A stretch of 61,262 bases of DNA, counting the filler, from Candidatus Woesearchaeota archaeon (GTDB lineage: Archaea > Nanobdellota > Nanobdellia > Woesearchaeales > DATGWN01), in assembly GCA_047603125.1 (NCBI GenBank). It is 6 parts of 6 records of this genome, joined end to end, with 100 filler letters (N's around TTAATTAATTAA, not from the genome) between each part and the next. Parts side by side here need not be neighbours in the genome. Positions count along the whole stretch, not along the records: positions 31,657 to 41,903 come from JBLKOU010000043.1; positions 42,004 to 52,206 come from JBLKOU010000044.1; 4 more parts are not named here. One strand, given 5' to 3'. The notes under the pieces are model-generated. The model was not told where the DNA came from. It worked only from the letters and a program-made list of their open reading frames with translations, and ran no database searches. The first letter of the stretch is position 1. Each line of letters starts with the position of its first letter. The position numbers and the translations under genes are program-made. Positions 37,250 through 46,963 of the stretch are shown piece after piece.

Positions 37250-37830
37250 TATTCTCGAATATATACTCGCTCCATAATCAATGGTTCGATGGGTCTGTCT
37301 GCCATGTCTGTTGGAAGTTGTGAAATCGCATCAACGACATCCATTCCTTCAACAACCACACCGAAAACAGGATGCTTGATTTGCATTGGTGATCGATCCC
37401 AATCAAGGTTTGTATTGTCTGCAACATTGATGAAAAACTGACTTCCACCGGAGTTTGGCCTGCCCGTGTTTGCCATTGAAATAGTTCCACGTACATTGCT
37501 AGTGCGCTCGTTTTCTATGAATTCATCTTCAATAGTATACCCTGGTCCACCAGTACCTGTACCTGTTGGATCGCCACCCTGAATCATAAATCCATCAATA
37601 ACTCGATGAAAGACAACATCGTCATAAAACCCCTGTCTTGTTAAATTGTAAAAATTTCCTGCGGTGATTGGCATAATATCCATATATAATTCAATTACAA
37701 TATCTCCATGATTTGTTTGAAGTACAACAATGGGATTTTGTTCAGTTTGAGGTTCTTCTGGTGGTGTCGTGCTACAACCTGCGAGTAAAAAAAGAGCAAT
37801 ACACACACTGCCTATATGAATCCATTTCAT
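37249..37830 (-). CDS. Cyclophilin-type peptidyl-prolyl isomerase, lipoprotein
   Basis: LLAGC; FHRVIDGFMIQGGDP, SMANTG, GGSQFFIN. Confidence 0.95.
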   Translation of the reverse strand: MKWIHIGSVCIALFLLAGCSTTPPEEPQTEQNPIVVLQTNHGDIVIELYMDIMPITAGNFYNLTRQGFYDDVVFHRVIDGFMIQGGDPTGTGTGGPGYTIEDEFIENERTSNVRGTISMANTGRPNSGGSQFFINVADNTNLDWDRSPMQIKHPVFGVVVEGMDVVDAISQLPTDMADRPIEPLIMERVYIRE

Positions 37831-37873
37831 AGGTATTTTGAGCAAAGATGTGTTTAAAAAGGTTTTTGAAAAA

Positions 37874-37985
37874 TAGTTAGTGGCAATAAAAAATTATAAT
37901 GCCTTGGCGTAGAATCAGAATTTCGCGAAGCTCTGCGCCTGAGAAATTCGCAAGATGAACCGCTGTTCCAAAATCGCCGCATTAT
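37874..37985 (+). mobile_element. Structured repeat, variant D (TAGT left end)
   Basis: Homologous to 41692-41802 and 11430-11534. Confidence 0.85.
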
Positions 37986-38098
37986 GTGAAAATTATCCTG
38001 ATTTTCACATTTAGAAATCGCTTTTTTAGAAAGGTCTGAATAGACTCCAATTAAGCAGCGAATTCTAAGTATAATTTACTTCTGTCTAAAATTAAAAA

Positions 38099-38110
38099 GG
38101 CTTCATCTAA
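38099..38110 (+). repeat. Solo GGCTTCATC terminal repeat
   Basis: GGCTTCATCTAA followed by an A-tract, as at the other MITE ends. Confidence 0.5.
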
Positions 38111-38133
38111 AAAAAGATTAAAATACAGTACTA

Positions 38134-39666
38134 TCAAGTATCAAAAGAAAATAATGTTCCTTGAGTGTGGTCGCTTACTTCTTGTCCGACTTGTTTTTTT
38201 AGTGATATGGCCATCTGTTTTCCAACCATAACAACCAGTTTTTCTATCGCCACCTCTCGCAAATCAGCTAATGTACAAACGCCATTAGAAAATAATGTTC
38301 GTGCACGAACGCGTCCTATACTTTTTAATTGCAAAAGCGGGAGCAATTCTTCTTTTGCACCATATTTTATTCTGGTCCGAAGCATTGTTAATTGTTTTAT
38401 GCAATTTGTTTGATGTAGTACCTGGGCGAGTTGCGTTGCACAATACAGCAACCAATCAATGATTTCGTTTTTGGCATGAATTTCTCCGGGGCGAATGTCA
38501 TACTTTTTTAATAATTGATCTTCGGAGAGTTCACTTATCCAATCTTCAAAATAGCAGGATGTTTTTATTGCTTCTAAATAGTCGCTATATTGTGGGTCGT
38601 AAAGAGTCGGGACATCAATGAGCAACGTACTTTCTCGCTCAAGAACAACTCCATGAACAGATTCGAGTTCAGATTGTTTCACACGCAAGCGTGGTTGCAT
38701 TTCATTTGTCATACAAAATAAATGTATGAGACCAAAGGTATGAAGTGGCTTTTGCAACCCTTCGACAATCATATGTGCGCTGAGTGGGTCAAGATAGAGT
38801 TGACTTACTCGCCGTCCTAAAGGCGTTACTTGTAATGATTGTTGATCTAATTGATCTGCATCTAAAAAATCAGCGTCTTTTTTTTCAAGAAATCCGTATT
38901 GCGTTAATAATCCAATCACACGGAAAATAATTTGTTCTAGTTTTGCCATGTCTTTGTATTGGTACGCCCAGAAAGTTTGCGAGAAAAAATCAGATAATTG
39001 TTTTTGTGTTTTACAAAGTCCTGTAGCAAGTAAAGACAGAACATAGGTTCGCAATACTGGTTCAACTGCAAGTTTGGAATAAATCGGTTCGACTTCTCCA
39101 CAAATAAATGTCTCGTATAATTTTATTGCGTCATTTTGATTTTTTGCAATCATGATTGCCTCTCCAAAAGATTCTTTGCCTGGACGACCTGCTCTGCCAG
39201 CCATTTGTAAATACTCTAAGACGGCAATATATTGCATTCCCCATGAGCCCGTGTAGCGCTTCATATCGCGCAATATTGTTCGAAAGGCAGGCAAATCAAG
39301 TCCTGCTGCAAGTGTAGGTGTGCAGACAATTAATGGAAGCAATCCTTTGGAAAATGCGGACTCGATGAGTTGCTTTTGCTCACCAGCTAGACCTGCATGA
39401 TGAAAAGCAACGCCTCTTTCAACTGAATAGGCTAATTTTTTACATTGGTCTGTAGGGGAAGAAAGAACGCCAAGTACTTGTTTACTTAATTCTTTTAGGG
39501 CTTGCTTTTGAATATGTTCTTCTTTGAGAACTTTACTAATATCAAGTGCGACTTTTTGTGCAGATCGCTTTGAGCTGACAAATACCAGTGCTTGTTTTTT
39601 TTTAACAACGGTATCATATGATACATTAATCGTTGCATCCTTACTCACACTTTGAATCAGACTCAT
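38134..39666 (-). CDS. Hel308/Hjm helicase lacking the N-terminal RecA1 (Walker A/B) domain
   Basis: FHHAGL, TPTLAAGLDLPA, QMAGRAGRP, winged helix, IGRVRAR HhH; no GKT or DExH. Confidence 0.85.
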   Translation of the reverse strand: MSLIQSVSKDATINVSYDTVVKKKQALVFVSSKRSAQKVALDISKVLKEEHIQKQALKELSKQVLGVLSSPTDQCKKLAYSVERGVAFHHAGLAGEQKQLIESAFSKGLLPLIVCTPTLAAGLDLPAFRTILRDMKRYTGSWGMQYIAVLEYLQMAGRAGRPGKESFGEAIMIAKNQNDAIKLYETFICGEVEPIYSKLAVEPVLRTYVLSLLATGLCKTQKQLSDFFSQTFWAYQYKDMAKLEQIIFRVIGLLTQYGFLEKKDADFLDADQLDQQSLQVTPLGRRVSQLYLDPLSAHMIVEGLQKPLHTFGLIHLFCMTNEMQPRLRVKQSELESVHGVVLERESTLLIDVPTLYDPQYSDYLEAIKTSCYFEDWISELSEDQLLKKYDIRPGEIHAKNEIIDWLLYCATQLAQVLHQTNCIKQLTMLRTRIKYGAKEELLPLLQLKSIGRVRARTLFSNGVCTLADLREVAIEKLVVMVGKQMAISLKKQVGQEVSDHTQGTLFSFDT

Positions 39667-39728
39667 ACTTGGTTGAAAGAATATATGGTTTAAAAGTCTT
39701 TACCATTCTTTTTTGAAATTTTAAGTCC

Positions 39729-39826
39729 AGCTACTGCACGGCGATTTTTCGACGGGTGTCTATTTTGCGTCAAAGCACCTGCATGATTCGGTGCTTCTCC
39801 TGATTTTGCGCCAAGGTGCGGTAGCT
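39729..39826 (-). repeat. Structured repeat, variant E (core only, no recognisable shell)
   Basis: CCTTGGCGCAAAATCA...GAATCATGCA loop...AAATCGCCG with different but complementary stems. Confidence 0.75.
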
Positions 39827-39894
39827 TCCTTTTCATTTTTGAAAATATTTGTCAAACCATCACCTTTATATGTCTGAGAGTTTTCGCAGGTAAC

Positions 39895-40491
39895 ATGCGT
39901 ATATTTATCCTTCGATTAAAACAAGGTGTGACAACCCCTGATTTTTCCCGTTCTGATCCGGTTAATGCAGGGCACTTAGAAATTGCATGCCATTGTATTA
40001 TGAATTCGCTTTGGGTGGGTGGTTCCATTCGCCAAGATAGTATTATACATATTGTTTTAGAAGGTCCACCAACACCACCAGTTGTATTGACTGTTCAAGG
40101 AAAAGAATTGGACTCGCTTCATTATGCAGAAGTTTTTCTCCTAAAAGCAATTCAAGAGAGTCTAAAGGCAGTAAAAAAATTGAAATGGCTTGAAGTAAAC
40201 CAAGGTCCGATCACTTGTCAAAAACAAAGCTTTGAAGGGCTGATTAAAGAATATCATGCAAATGAAGCAAGCATTTATTATTTACATCCAAAAGGGGAGC
40301 TTCTTGAAGAGCAGACAATTGATTTGAATCAACAGATTGTGTGCGTTCTTGGTGATCATAAAGGAATGCCAAATAAAAGTGAAAAATTTCTCAAATCAAA
40401 AGCGACAAGAATAACGCTTGGATCAACTATGCTTTTTGCATCACAATGTGTGACCATCGTTCACAATATTTTGGACAAGAAATACTATTAG
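39895..40491 (+). CDS. trmY: tRNA (pseudouridine54-N1)-methyltransferase, SPOUT family
   Basis: GHLEIACHCI, YYLHPKG, VLGDHKGM, TLGSTMLFASQC. Confidence 0.88.
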   Translation: MRIFILRLKQGVTTPDFSRSDPVNAGHLEIACHCIMNSLWVGGSIRQDSIIHIVLEGPPTPPVVLTVQGKELDSLHYAEVFLLKAIQESLKAVKKLKWLEVNQGPITCQKQSFEGLIKEYHANEASIYYLHPKGELLEEQTIDLNQQIVCVLGDHKGMPNKSEKFLKSKATRITLGSTMLFASQCVTIVHNILDKKYY

Positions 40492-41648
40492 CGTTTTTTT
40501 CCAAGTAAAAAGTCATTGAGGAGTCGAAATGGTGTTTGCAAAACTTCTTCAATAGTGTGGACAAAAAACCCGAAATAGCGAAATGCAGGAATAAAATGAG
40601 GATTAGTTAGTCCTGGCATTTTTTTTACCATGGATACATGTTCAACACCTATCTTTCCATAGTATAAATCGGAAATATTTCCGCCAGATTGTAAAAATTC
40701 TTTAATTAAATAATAGCCATGTAAATACAAATAATCCTTTGTGTACGCTCCCGATTTAGCCGTATCTGAGAGTCCGCGCTTTACACGCATGCACAAACGC
40801 CATGCATCTTGTTTGGAAAAACCAAGTTCTGTTAGATACGCAAATGTTTGTGAGAAACTATGTGTGAGCGCATAATCGATTGCAAGAACCCTTCCCGCGT
40901 ATTGTTTCATGAGTTTTTCATTGGAACAATTATTAATTTCTTGATTGTAGAGTGCAAGTCCTTCTTCTGTTGCTAAATACCCGGGAAATCCGGATTCAAA
41001 AATTCTATATGGTTGTAATGTTCCATTTTCAACGCGAAGTATATGCGTTCCAATTTCATGGACAATGAGTTGACGAATAAATTTTTTTGAAAAACGCATA
41101 TCTTTTCGTAAAAAGAGTGTGCGCTTTGATGGAATGACGGCTGCTGATGCAACCATTGATTTTGGGGCTATTTTCCAACGAATTCCGTATTTAATAAATG
41201 CTTGACGAAATTTTGGCATGACTTTATCAAGCGAATATTCTACTTGCACTTGCTCAGGTTCAAGTTTTTTAATAAGAAGTTTTGCACGCGAGATAAGTTT
41301 TTGATCAGGCTTTCCATAAACCCGAATACTCTGTTCTGTAAACGAATCACTTGCACGAGCTTGGACAAGGCGAAGATGTTCGAGAACATCTGCTCGCTTT
41401 TTTTCAAGTAATTGATAAATAATGTGGTTTTTTGGAATTTTTAATTTCTGTAGACGAAAAATAATTCTTGACGGCTGTGTTTTAAAAGGACGATACGTGA
41501 ATTGAGGATTATATGTGGGGTCTGCAAAAAATTTCTTTTTTTCTGAGAGTAAATTCACAGGTGTAATCGAAAATATAACAGGAACAAGTGAGCGAAGTTC
41601 TGAAAATTTTTTATCAATTGCGTTTGCTCGATCAGATATGGATTTCAT
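40488..41648 (-). CDS. DUF1704 / QEGLA-motif metallopeptidase (MATCAP-like)
   Basis: HEIGTH...TEEGLA, RVKRG, KDYLYLHG. Confidence 0.85.
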   Translation of the reverse strand: MKSISDRANAIDKKFSELRSLVPVIFSITPVNLLSEKKKFFADPTYNPQFTYRPFKTQPSRIIFRLQKLKIPKNHIIYQLLEKKRADVLEHLRLVQARASDSFTEQSIRVYGKPDQKLISRAKLLIKKLEPEQVQVEYSLDKVMPKFRQAFIKYGIRWKIAPKSMVASAAVIPSKRTLFLRKDMRFSKKFIRQLIVHEIGTHILRVENGTLQPYRIFESGFPGYLATEEGLALYNQEINNCSNEKLMKQYAGRVLAIDYALTHSFSQTFAYLTELGFSKQDAWRLCMRVKRGLSDTAKSGAYTKDYLYLHGYYLIKEFLQSGGNISDLYYGKIGVEHVSMVKKMPGLTNPHFIPAFRYFGFFVHTIEEVLQTPFRLLNDFLLGKKR

Positions 41649-41691
41649 TCCATGTTGTTTGTGTGTGCACTTTATAAGTATTTAGTTTGAT

Positions 41692-41802
41692 TAGTTAGCA
41701 ACAATAAAAAATGATAATGCCTTGGTGCACAATCAGAATTTCGCGAAGCTCTGCGCCGGAGAAATTCGCAAGATGAACCACTGTTCAGAATCGTCGCATT
41801 AT
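41692..41802 (+). mobile_element. Structured repeat, variant D
   Basis: Homologous to 37874-37985. Confidence 0.85.
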
Positions 41803-41903
41803 AATTAATCGTTGTTTAAAACGAAAGTAGTTGGCGTCAAAAGTAAGAGATAAATTTTTGCGTAAAAATATGCTCACACCAAAAATCTTCCAAAGCATCT
41901 CTC

Positions 41904-42003
41904 NNNNNNNNNNNNNNNNNNNNNNNNNNNNNNNNNNNNNNNNNNNNTTAATTAATTAANNNNNNNNNNNNNNNNNNNNNNNNNNNNNNNNNNNNNNNNN
42001 NNN
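41904..42003. other. Artificial contig linker
   Basis: N-run, TTAATTAATTAA, N-run. Confidence 0.99.
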
Positions 42004-42010
42004 CTTTTTT

Positions 42011-42144
42011 TAGTTAGCGGCAAAAGAAAAGCATAACTCCTTGGCGTAAAATCAAAAATCAGAGCGATTCATGCAGCTCTGATTTTGCAAACTTGACAAC
42101 TGTCGTGAAATCGCCGAGTTATGCGAAATTAATGTCGTCGACTA
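42011..42144 (+). mobile_element. MITE, TAGT...ACTA shell, 134 bp
   Basis: Near-identical to the reverse complement of 17106-17239; TTT on both flanks. Confidence 0.9.
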
Positions 42145-42176
42145 TTTAGTCGATGAAAACAAAAAATCCAGCAATA

Positions 42177-45100
42177 TTAATCTTCTAGCTCCACAGGCGT
42201 TTCTTCTTCCTCAATTATGACAGCACCTACATCAAGTACTTGCCACGGGGGCTTTATAAATAAACTTCCCACAACAGTAATATTTGCAATTTGGTGCGTA
42301 TTTACACTCGAAGACTGTGTAAGTGAATAGAAATTTATGTACGTTGGGCTACTTCGAAGATATTGAAATTCTCCCTCTCGCCTTGGGCGATCCCTATAGT
42401 TTACGGAATAAGATGATAATTCAGGAGTAATGCCGCGCATTGTTGCTTCAAAAGTCTGCCAATTATTGTTTGAAATAACTCCTCTTGAAAAAGTATCAAT
42501 TGTTTGAAAATCTGGATACGTTACTATACGAGAATTTTGGCCTGATAGATTTGACTCTTGGAAAGAAAATGTAAGGCCGCCAAATGAAGGTTGAACCGGG
42601 ATAACGAGTGGCGAGCCATCTTGAATTACAGTTATATTGGCAAATCTGCCAGCGACTGGCTGAGAATCATGCTGCGAAGCAATTGCCAGTCCCACTAATA
42701 AATTCTCATTCAGACTTGAATAAGTATAATTTCTTAAAGATTTCCAATCCGATAAATCACGAGAATAATACGAGCGCAAAGTGTTTGCCTGACGTTCTAT
42801 TTTTAAATAGACAGAGTCGTGGAATTGAGACAGATTGTGCTCACTCGTCGAAGCACCTGGCGAGTGACGGACTTGCGTAAAGATAAAGCCATTCCCTCTA
42901 TGTACATGAAACATATTTCGACTATTTTGATTTAAATTTTCTCGAACCATTAAACCCATTTTTCTTGCGTCCAGAGTACCTTCAAAAAAACCAAAGGATT
43001 CGACTATTATTTCAAAATTACCTTCCAGTTCAGTATATAAATATCGAAAGTTATCTCTATTTCCCCAAACATCCCCTCCACGTGTTCTCATAGTAATTTT
43101 ATTTGTTTGTGAATCATATTCTGTTTTTCCAATAATATCTTCAGAACCCACTATCGCATGTTGAAAAAACGCAGTCGGATCGACTTGACCAAGATGTTCT
43201 TGCGAAGCATTTATTTGCTGAAATACCCCTATGTTAAGAGAGTCACCATTTTCAGGATCAGTGCCAAATTTTGTCTGAGCGCGAATTGTTAGTTCCTCAA
43301 ATGGGAGTGCTGGAAGTAATGTTATTCCCACGTTTTGATCAAGCGTACTATTTGCCAATGTCACAGTACCATTTTGTTCAATTTGCGGGTGCGTCAAAAA
43401 ATAAGGAGTCTGATTCGTTCCTTGGAAAAAATATTTTGCAGATTCATTAATTTTCATAGTTTTATTTGTTTTTACAATTGTAAGATTTACTCCTTCAACA
43501 GGGAAAGTATTTACTTTAACAAAAACAGTTCGAGCAGATGGCGCATCTTTCCAATGAGACGTAAAAAGCGTCAAATTATTCATCTGGTCATCATAAATTT
43601 TTATCGCCTCGTTTTCAAAATCAAAGGGTGTGAGTAAAATTTCAATTAAACCCAACTCTATTGGAAAATTTTCAAATTCCACACCATATGGATTTTGTAC
43701 ATAAATTGTTTTATTTTGCCAATCAATTCTTCCAAGTCTTGCCAACACTTGCTGTTCGTCAATGTCCTCTAACTCTAAATCCTTTATTTTGGATGCCGAG
43801 TAAATTTCAAGAGTAAATGTTGCCAAACGTCCGTCCGAGAGTGGAATTGTCCTCTCAATCACCGATGTGGGTACATCACTTTGCTGCTCACCCGCAGAAT
43901 AAAAAACTTCAGAAATTACAGACAAGACAGACTCTTGAGCTTCGCTCACTAGTTCGTTAACGTTTCTTAATTGCACAGTCGTCCCACTCGTTTGTTGACT
44001 TAGTGATTCCATTTGGTCTAAAACAAATTTTTCACACTCTGGCTGGCGACAAATCAAAGCAGTTGGAGATTGGTCTTCATCCTCTTTTAGTTTACATCCT
44101 GGACACTCATCTTCCGCACATAAGTTTTGCGTAACATTGCCAAAAACTTCCTTAAAATCACGATTAAACAAATAATATAATTCTCCATCCCCACCATGAG
44201 TCGCTGGAAGCTGGTAATCACACTCATATGTTAAAATCGGAATTACGGTATGATCATTTTCCATTATAACAAACTGAGCACGATCTATAAGATATTGAGA
44301 ACGAACAATCTCAGGAGTGAATAAACCACCCTCACCACAAGCAGGCTGACACAAATCACATACATTTCGTTGAGATGACGAGTCACCCATTCTTAAACAT
44401 GAATGCTCAAATGAAGAACCTGCCAATTTATCACTTACAGGAATTAAAATAGTGATACCTGATGAATCACGAAATTGGTTCGAAGCATACGCCAAACCCG
44501 AAGCCCAATCTGAACTTACATATATGTTTGAACGACTCTCACGAAAATCCAACCCTAATTTTTCTGAACTGGGACTATGAAGTTGATAAACATATTTATA
44601 ATCCGTTTGAGCAGTGTTTTCATCTAAATAAAGATCGCTTTCATCTAAAATTGTACAATCAATACGAACATCCGTTGTTGGAAATACATCACAACCACTG
44701 ACACCCGGAAACTCTCCAAGTATATATACTTGGATATTTATCTCCTCATCCCCTTCGATTCTAATAGCAGCTTCTAAATCATTTGCTAAATCTACTAATT
44801 TCTCAGCAAGTGAATTTCTTCTCTGCTCAAAAGAACGCGTCCCTTCGATTACAAATGCTACTTGTAACTCAGGAATGCGCGGTGCGAGCGTAAAATAATA
44901 TCTTCCCGAACCTACTAACTCATCCAATATTTTTTCAAATTCATGTCCAACATCAAAAACTTGATCCCTTACCGCAAATGTTGTTTGCTGCTTAGAAATC
45001 GCCGTCCCGAGCAACTCACGCAAAGGGATGTTGGTGACATTATGTGTTAAAGAAAGCGTGGCATCAATGGCTGAAGAGTACATATCATATTGCATTTCTT

Positions 45101-45221
45101 GCTGACGAAATTCAAACTCAGTCATCCCTTGCTCAATAGTAGATTGATAAATAATAAACCCACCCGTAATAAAGAGTGCTATTAAAATAACCGAACCAAC
45201 TACATGTTCAACTAGTGCCAT
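42177..45221 (-). CDS. Large pilus-associated adhesin-like protein (pilin-like N-terminus, vWA-like and lectin/ConA-like regions)
   Basis: N-terminal TM; AFVIEGTRSF (vWA-like strand 1); Cys-rich inserts; GGDVWG...KMGLMVRE...YYSRDLSDW...VGLA beta-sandwich. Confidence 0.65.
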   Translation of the reverse strand: MALVEHVVGSVILIALFITGGFIIYQSTIEQGMTEFEFRQQEMQYDMYSSAIDATLSLTHNVTNIPLRELLGTAISKQQTTFAVRDQVFDVGHEFEKILDELVGSGRYYFTLAPRIPELQVAFVIEGTRSFEQRRNSLAEKLVDLANDLEAAIRIEGDEEINIQVYILGEFPGVSGCDVFPTTDVRIDCTILDESDLYLDENTAQTDYKYVYQLHSPSSEKLGLDFRESRSNIYVSSDWASGLAYASNQFRDSSGITILIPVSDKLAGSSFEHSCLRMGDSSSQRNVCDLCQPACGEGGLFTPEIVRSQYLIDRAQFVIMENDHTVIPILTYECDYQLPATHGGDGELYYLFNRDFKEVFGNVTQNLCAEDECPGCKLKEDEDQSPTALICRQPECEKFVLDQMESLSQQTSGTTVQLRNVNELVSEAQESVLSVISEVFYSAGEQQSDVPTSVIERTIPLSDGRLATFTLEIYSASKIKDLELEDIDEQQVLARLGRIDWQNKTIYVQNPYGVEFENFPIELGLIEILLTPFDFENEAIKIYDDQMNNLTLFTSHWKDAPSARTVFVKVNTFPVEGVNLTIVKTNKTMKINESAKYFFQGTNQTPYFLTHPQIEQNGTVTLANSTLDQNVGITLLPALPFEELTIRAQTKFGTDPENGDSLNIGVFQQINASQEHLGQVDPTAFFQHAIVGSEDIIGKTEYDSQTNKITMRTRGGDVWGNRDNFRYLYTELEGNFEIIVESFGFFEGTLDARKMGLMVRENLNQNSRNMFHVHRGNGFIFTQVRHSPGASTSEHNLSQFHDSVYLKIERQANTLRSYYSRDLSDWKSLRNYTYSSLNENLLVGLAIASQHDSQPVAGRFANITVIQDGSPLVIPVQPSFGGLTFSFQESNLSGQNSRIVTYPDFQTIDTFSRGVISNNNWQTFEATMRGITPELSSYSVNYRDRPRREGEFQYLRSSPTYINFYSLTQSSSVNTHQIANITVVGSLFIKPPWQVLDVGAVIIEEEETPVELED

Positions 45222-45633
45222 AAATTTCTAACCTCCCCACACAATTTTGCGTTCCGTTTTTTATAGCAACTGGATACACTGCTTGACGAGTAAAGCGTAT
45301 ATTCTCACTACTCGACCAATTTCTCTCTTGACAATTATAAATTTGAAACTGGGAAACAAGAAACGAAAATGAAATTTCACAATCTTCAATATAACCCTCC
45401 AATTCTCCTAGCCGAGTTACATCAATAGGACTTCCAAAACAATACAAAAAATCATTTCGCTTATCAATAAATTCTCCAAGCGCAAGCTCTTCTTGAACAA
45501 TTTTGCCCCGAACCGCAGTTGCTAATGTATCTAAGTACAAGAGCCCTATAACAACTACGACTAACACGATGATGAGAAAAAAACCAGTTAAAATATCAGC
45601 TTGCCCTTTCAATATACACCTCCTCATCTCCAC
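45208..45633 (-). CDS. Pilin-like protein (class III signal; start may be TTG near 45612)
   Basis: KG|QADILTGFFLIIVLVVVV. Confidence 0.75.
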   Translation of the reverse strand: MEMRRCILKGQADILTGFFLIIVLVVVVIGLLYLDTLATAVRGKIVQEELALGEFIDKRNDFLYCFGSPIDVTRLGELEGYIEDCEISFSFLVSQFQIYNCQERNWSSSENIRFTRQAVYPVAIKNGTQNCVGRLEIYGTS

Positions 45634-45985
45634 CTGACTTATATATATTCAATCGCGGAGACTCACTCAATGAAATATTTGTAAGATTGACATTGCACAC
45701 AACTCTTTGGCAATGATTAATTGCCGGTATTTCAATACAGAGCGTTCTATTTTCAGCCTGAAAATATCCTTGACGTGTATTTAAAACAACTTGGGAAGAA
45801 AACGCTGAACTTCGACAGGCCACATTCACATGACTCACCATTAGATCAACGTCGGAGGCAGCAGCGCTAAAAGATTGACCCGTATTTGAGAGCTGGGGCA
45901 AAATCCACGAAAATAAAATGCCTGCGGCTATTGCGATTACTAACCAAATGATATACGTAGATTCTGTTTGACCTATCCTTGACAT
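45596..45985 (-). CDS. Pilin-like protein (class III signal)
   Basis: MSRIG|QTESTYIIWLVIAIA. Confidence 0.75.
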   Translation of the reverse strand: MSRIGQTESTYIIWLVIAIAAGILFSWILPQLSNTGQSFSAAASDVDLMVSHVNVACRSSAFSSQVVLNTRQGYFQAENRTLCIEIPAINHCQRVVCNVNLTNISLSESPRLNIYKSGGDEEVYIERAS

Positions 45986-46377
45986 GTTAATCGTACTTGG
46001 TCACGCTCACGCAAAAATGCGCAGGAGTAATCCAGTGAGACTGCTGCGATTGCAACAGATGTGTTTGCAACAATGGGTGTTTGCATCGATACTTCACAGC
46101 CGCATCGGCCGCAATACCGGTTCTCCGGCGTTGTGACACAAATTACCTGTTGCGTAGTATTCAGGACAAAAGGGGTTGGAATGGTTACATCAATTGAAGA
46201 GCGCTGACCAACAAGGCCACCACACACAAAATTACACTGTGCTTCTAATAAACGGACTGCTTTTTGATAATTTCGACTCTGTGTATCTGCTTGCGTGGCA
46301 TCAAAGATAACCATAATCGTGGCTACGGAAATTCCTATTGCCATTACTGCAAATACCATCCAGACAGCTTGTTCCAT
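45973..46377 (-). CDS. Pilin-like protein with no leader
   Basis: MEQAVWMVFAVMAIGI; Cys-rich C-terminus. Confidence 0.7.
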   Translation of the reverse strand: MEQAVWMVFAVMAIGISVATIMVIFDATQADTQSRNYQKAVRLLEAQCNFVCGGLVGQRSSIDVTIPTPFVLNTTQQVICVTTPENRYCGRCGCEVSMQTPIVANTSVAIAAVSLDYSCAFLRERDQVRLTCQG

Positions 46378-46386
46378 TTACGTAAT

Positions 46387-46962
46387 TTAATCACACCATG
46401 CAGATGAATTTGTGTTTGAATTTGAATCTAACACCGTCCACCAGTGGTCTCTGAGTTCATCGCCTGAAAGCTCCTCATAACATGAACCCGGGTCTAGACG
46501 ACTATTGACACGAGCATGTGCATCAGTGGGAGTTAAACCCAAACTATCCGTAAAATAATCACACATGTGTTTTACACAATCAGCCGTTGTAACTCGCGGA
46601 CAATCATACACAACATGACAATAAATGGCATCTTCGCAAACTCCTAATATTGATAGTGATGCTGAATATCCATCGGTACGACGATTATTATTTAAATCAA
46701 TTGGTCGTAACCGCTCCTCACAATATCGTGCATTTCCAACAGGTGTTCCTGCTTCTCGACAAAGTGTTCGACAACGCGAGTCAATCATACTTTGCGCACG
46801 TTCTAGTGCTTGTTCATCTGCAATGACTTGCAAATTTTCCGACTGTTCTTCAAAATTATCCCCGACAATTCTTAGTACTACCATCGCAACTGCTAAAATT
46901 ACAAAAAGTACAACGAATACTGAGATTGCCTGCTCCATTCCTTTTCTATTTATTTTTATCAT
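46387..46962 (-). CDS. Pilin-like protein (class III signal), Cys-rich
   Basis: MIKINRKG|MEQAISVFVVLFVIL. Confidence 0.8.
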   Translation of the reverse strand: MIKINRKGMEQAISVFVVLFVILAVAMVVLRIVGDNFEEQSENLQVIADEQALERAQSMIDSRCRTLCREAGTPVGNARYCEERLRPIDLNNNRRTDGYSASLSILGVCEDAIYCHVVYDCPRVTTADCVKHMCDYFTDSLGLTPTDAHARVNSRLDPGSCYEELSGDELRDHWWTVLDSNSNTNSSAWCD

Positions 46963-46963
46963 T

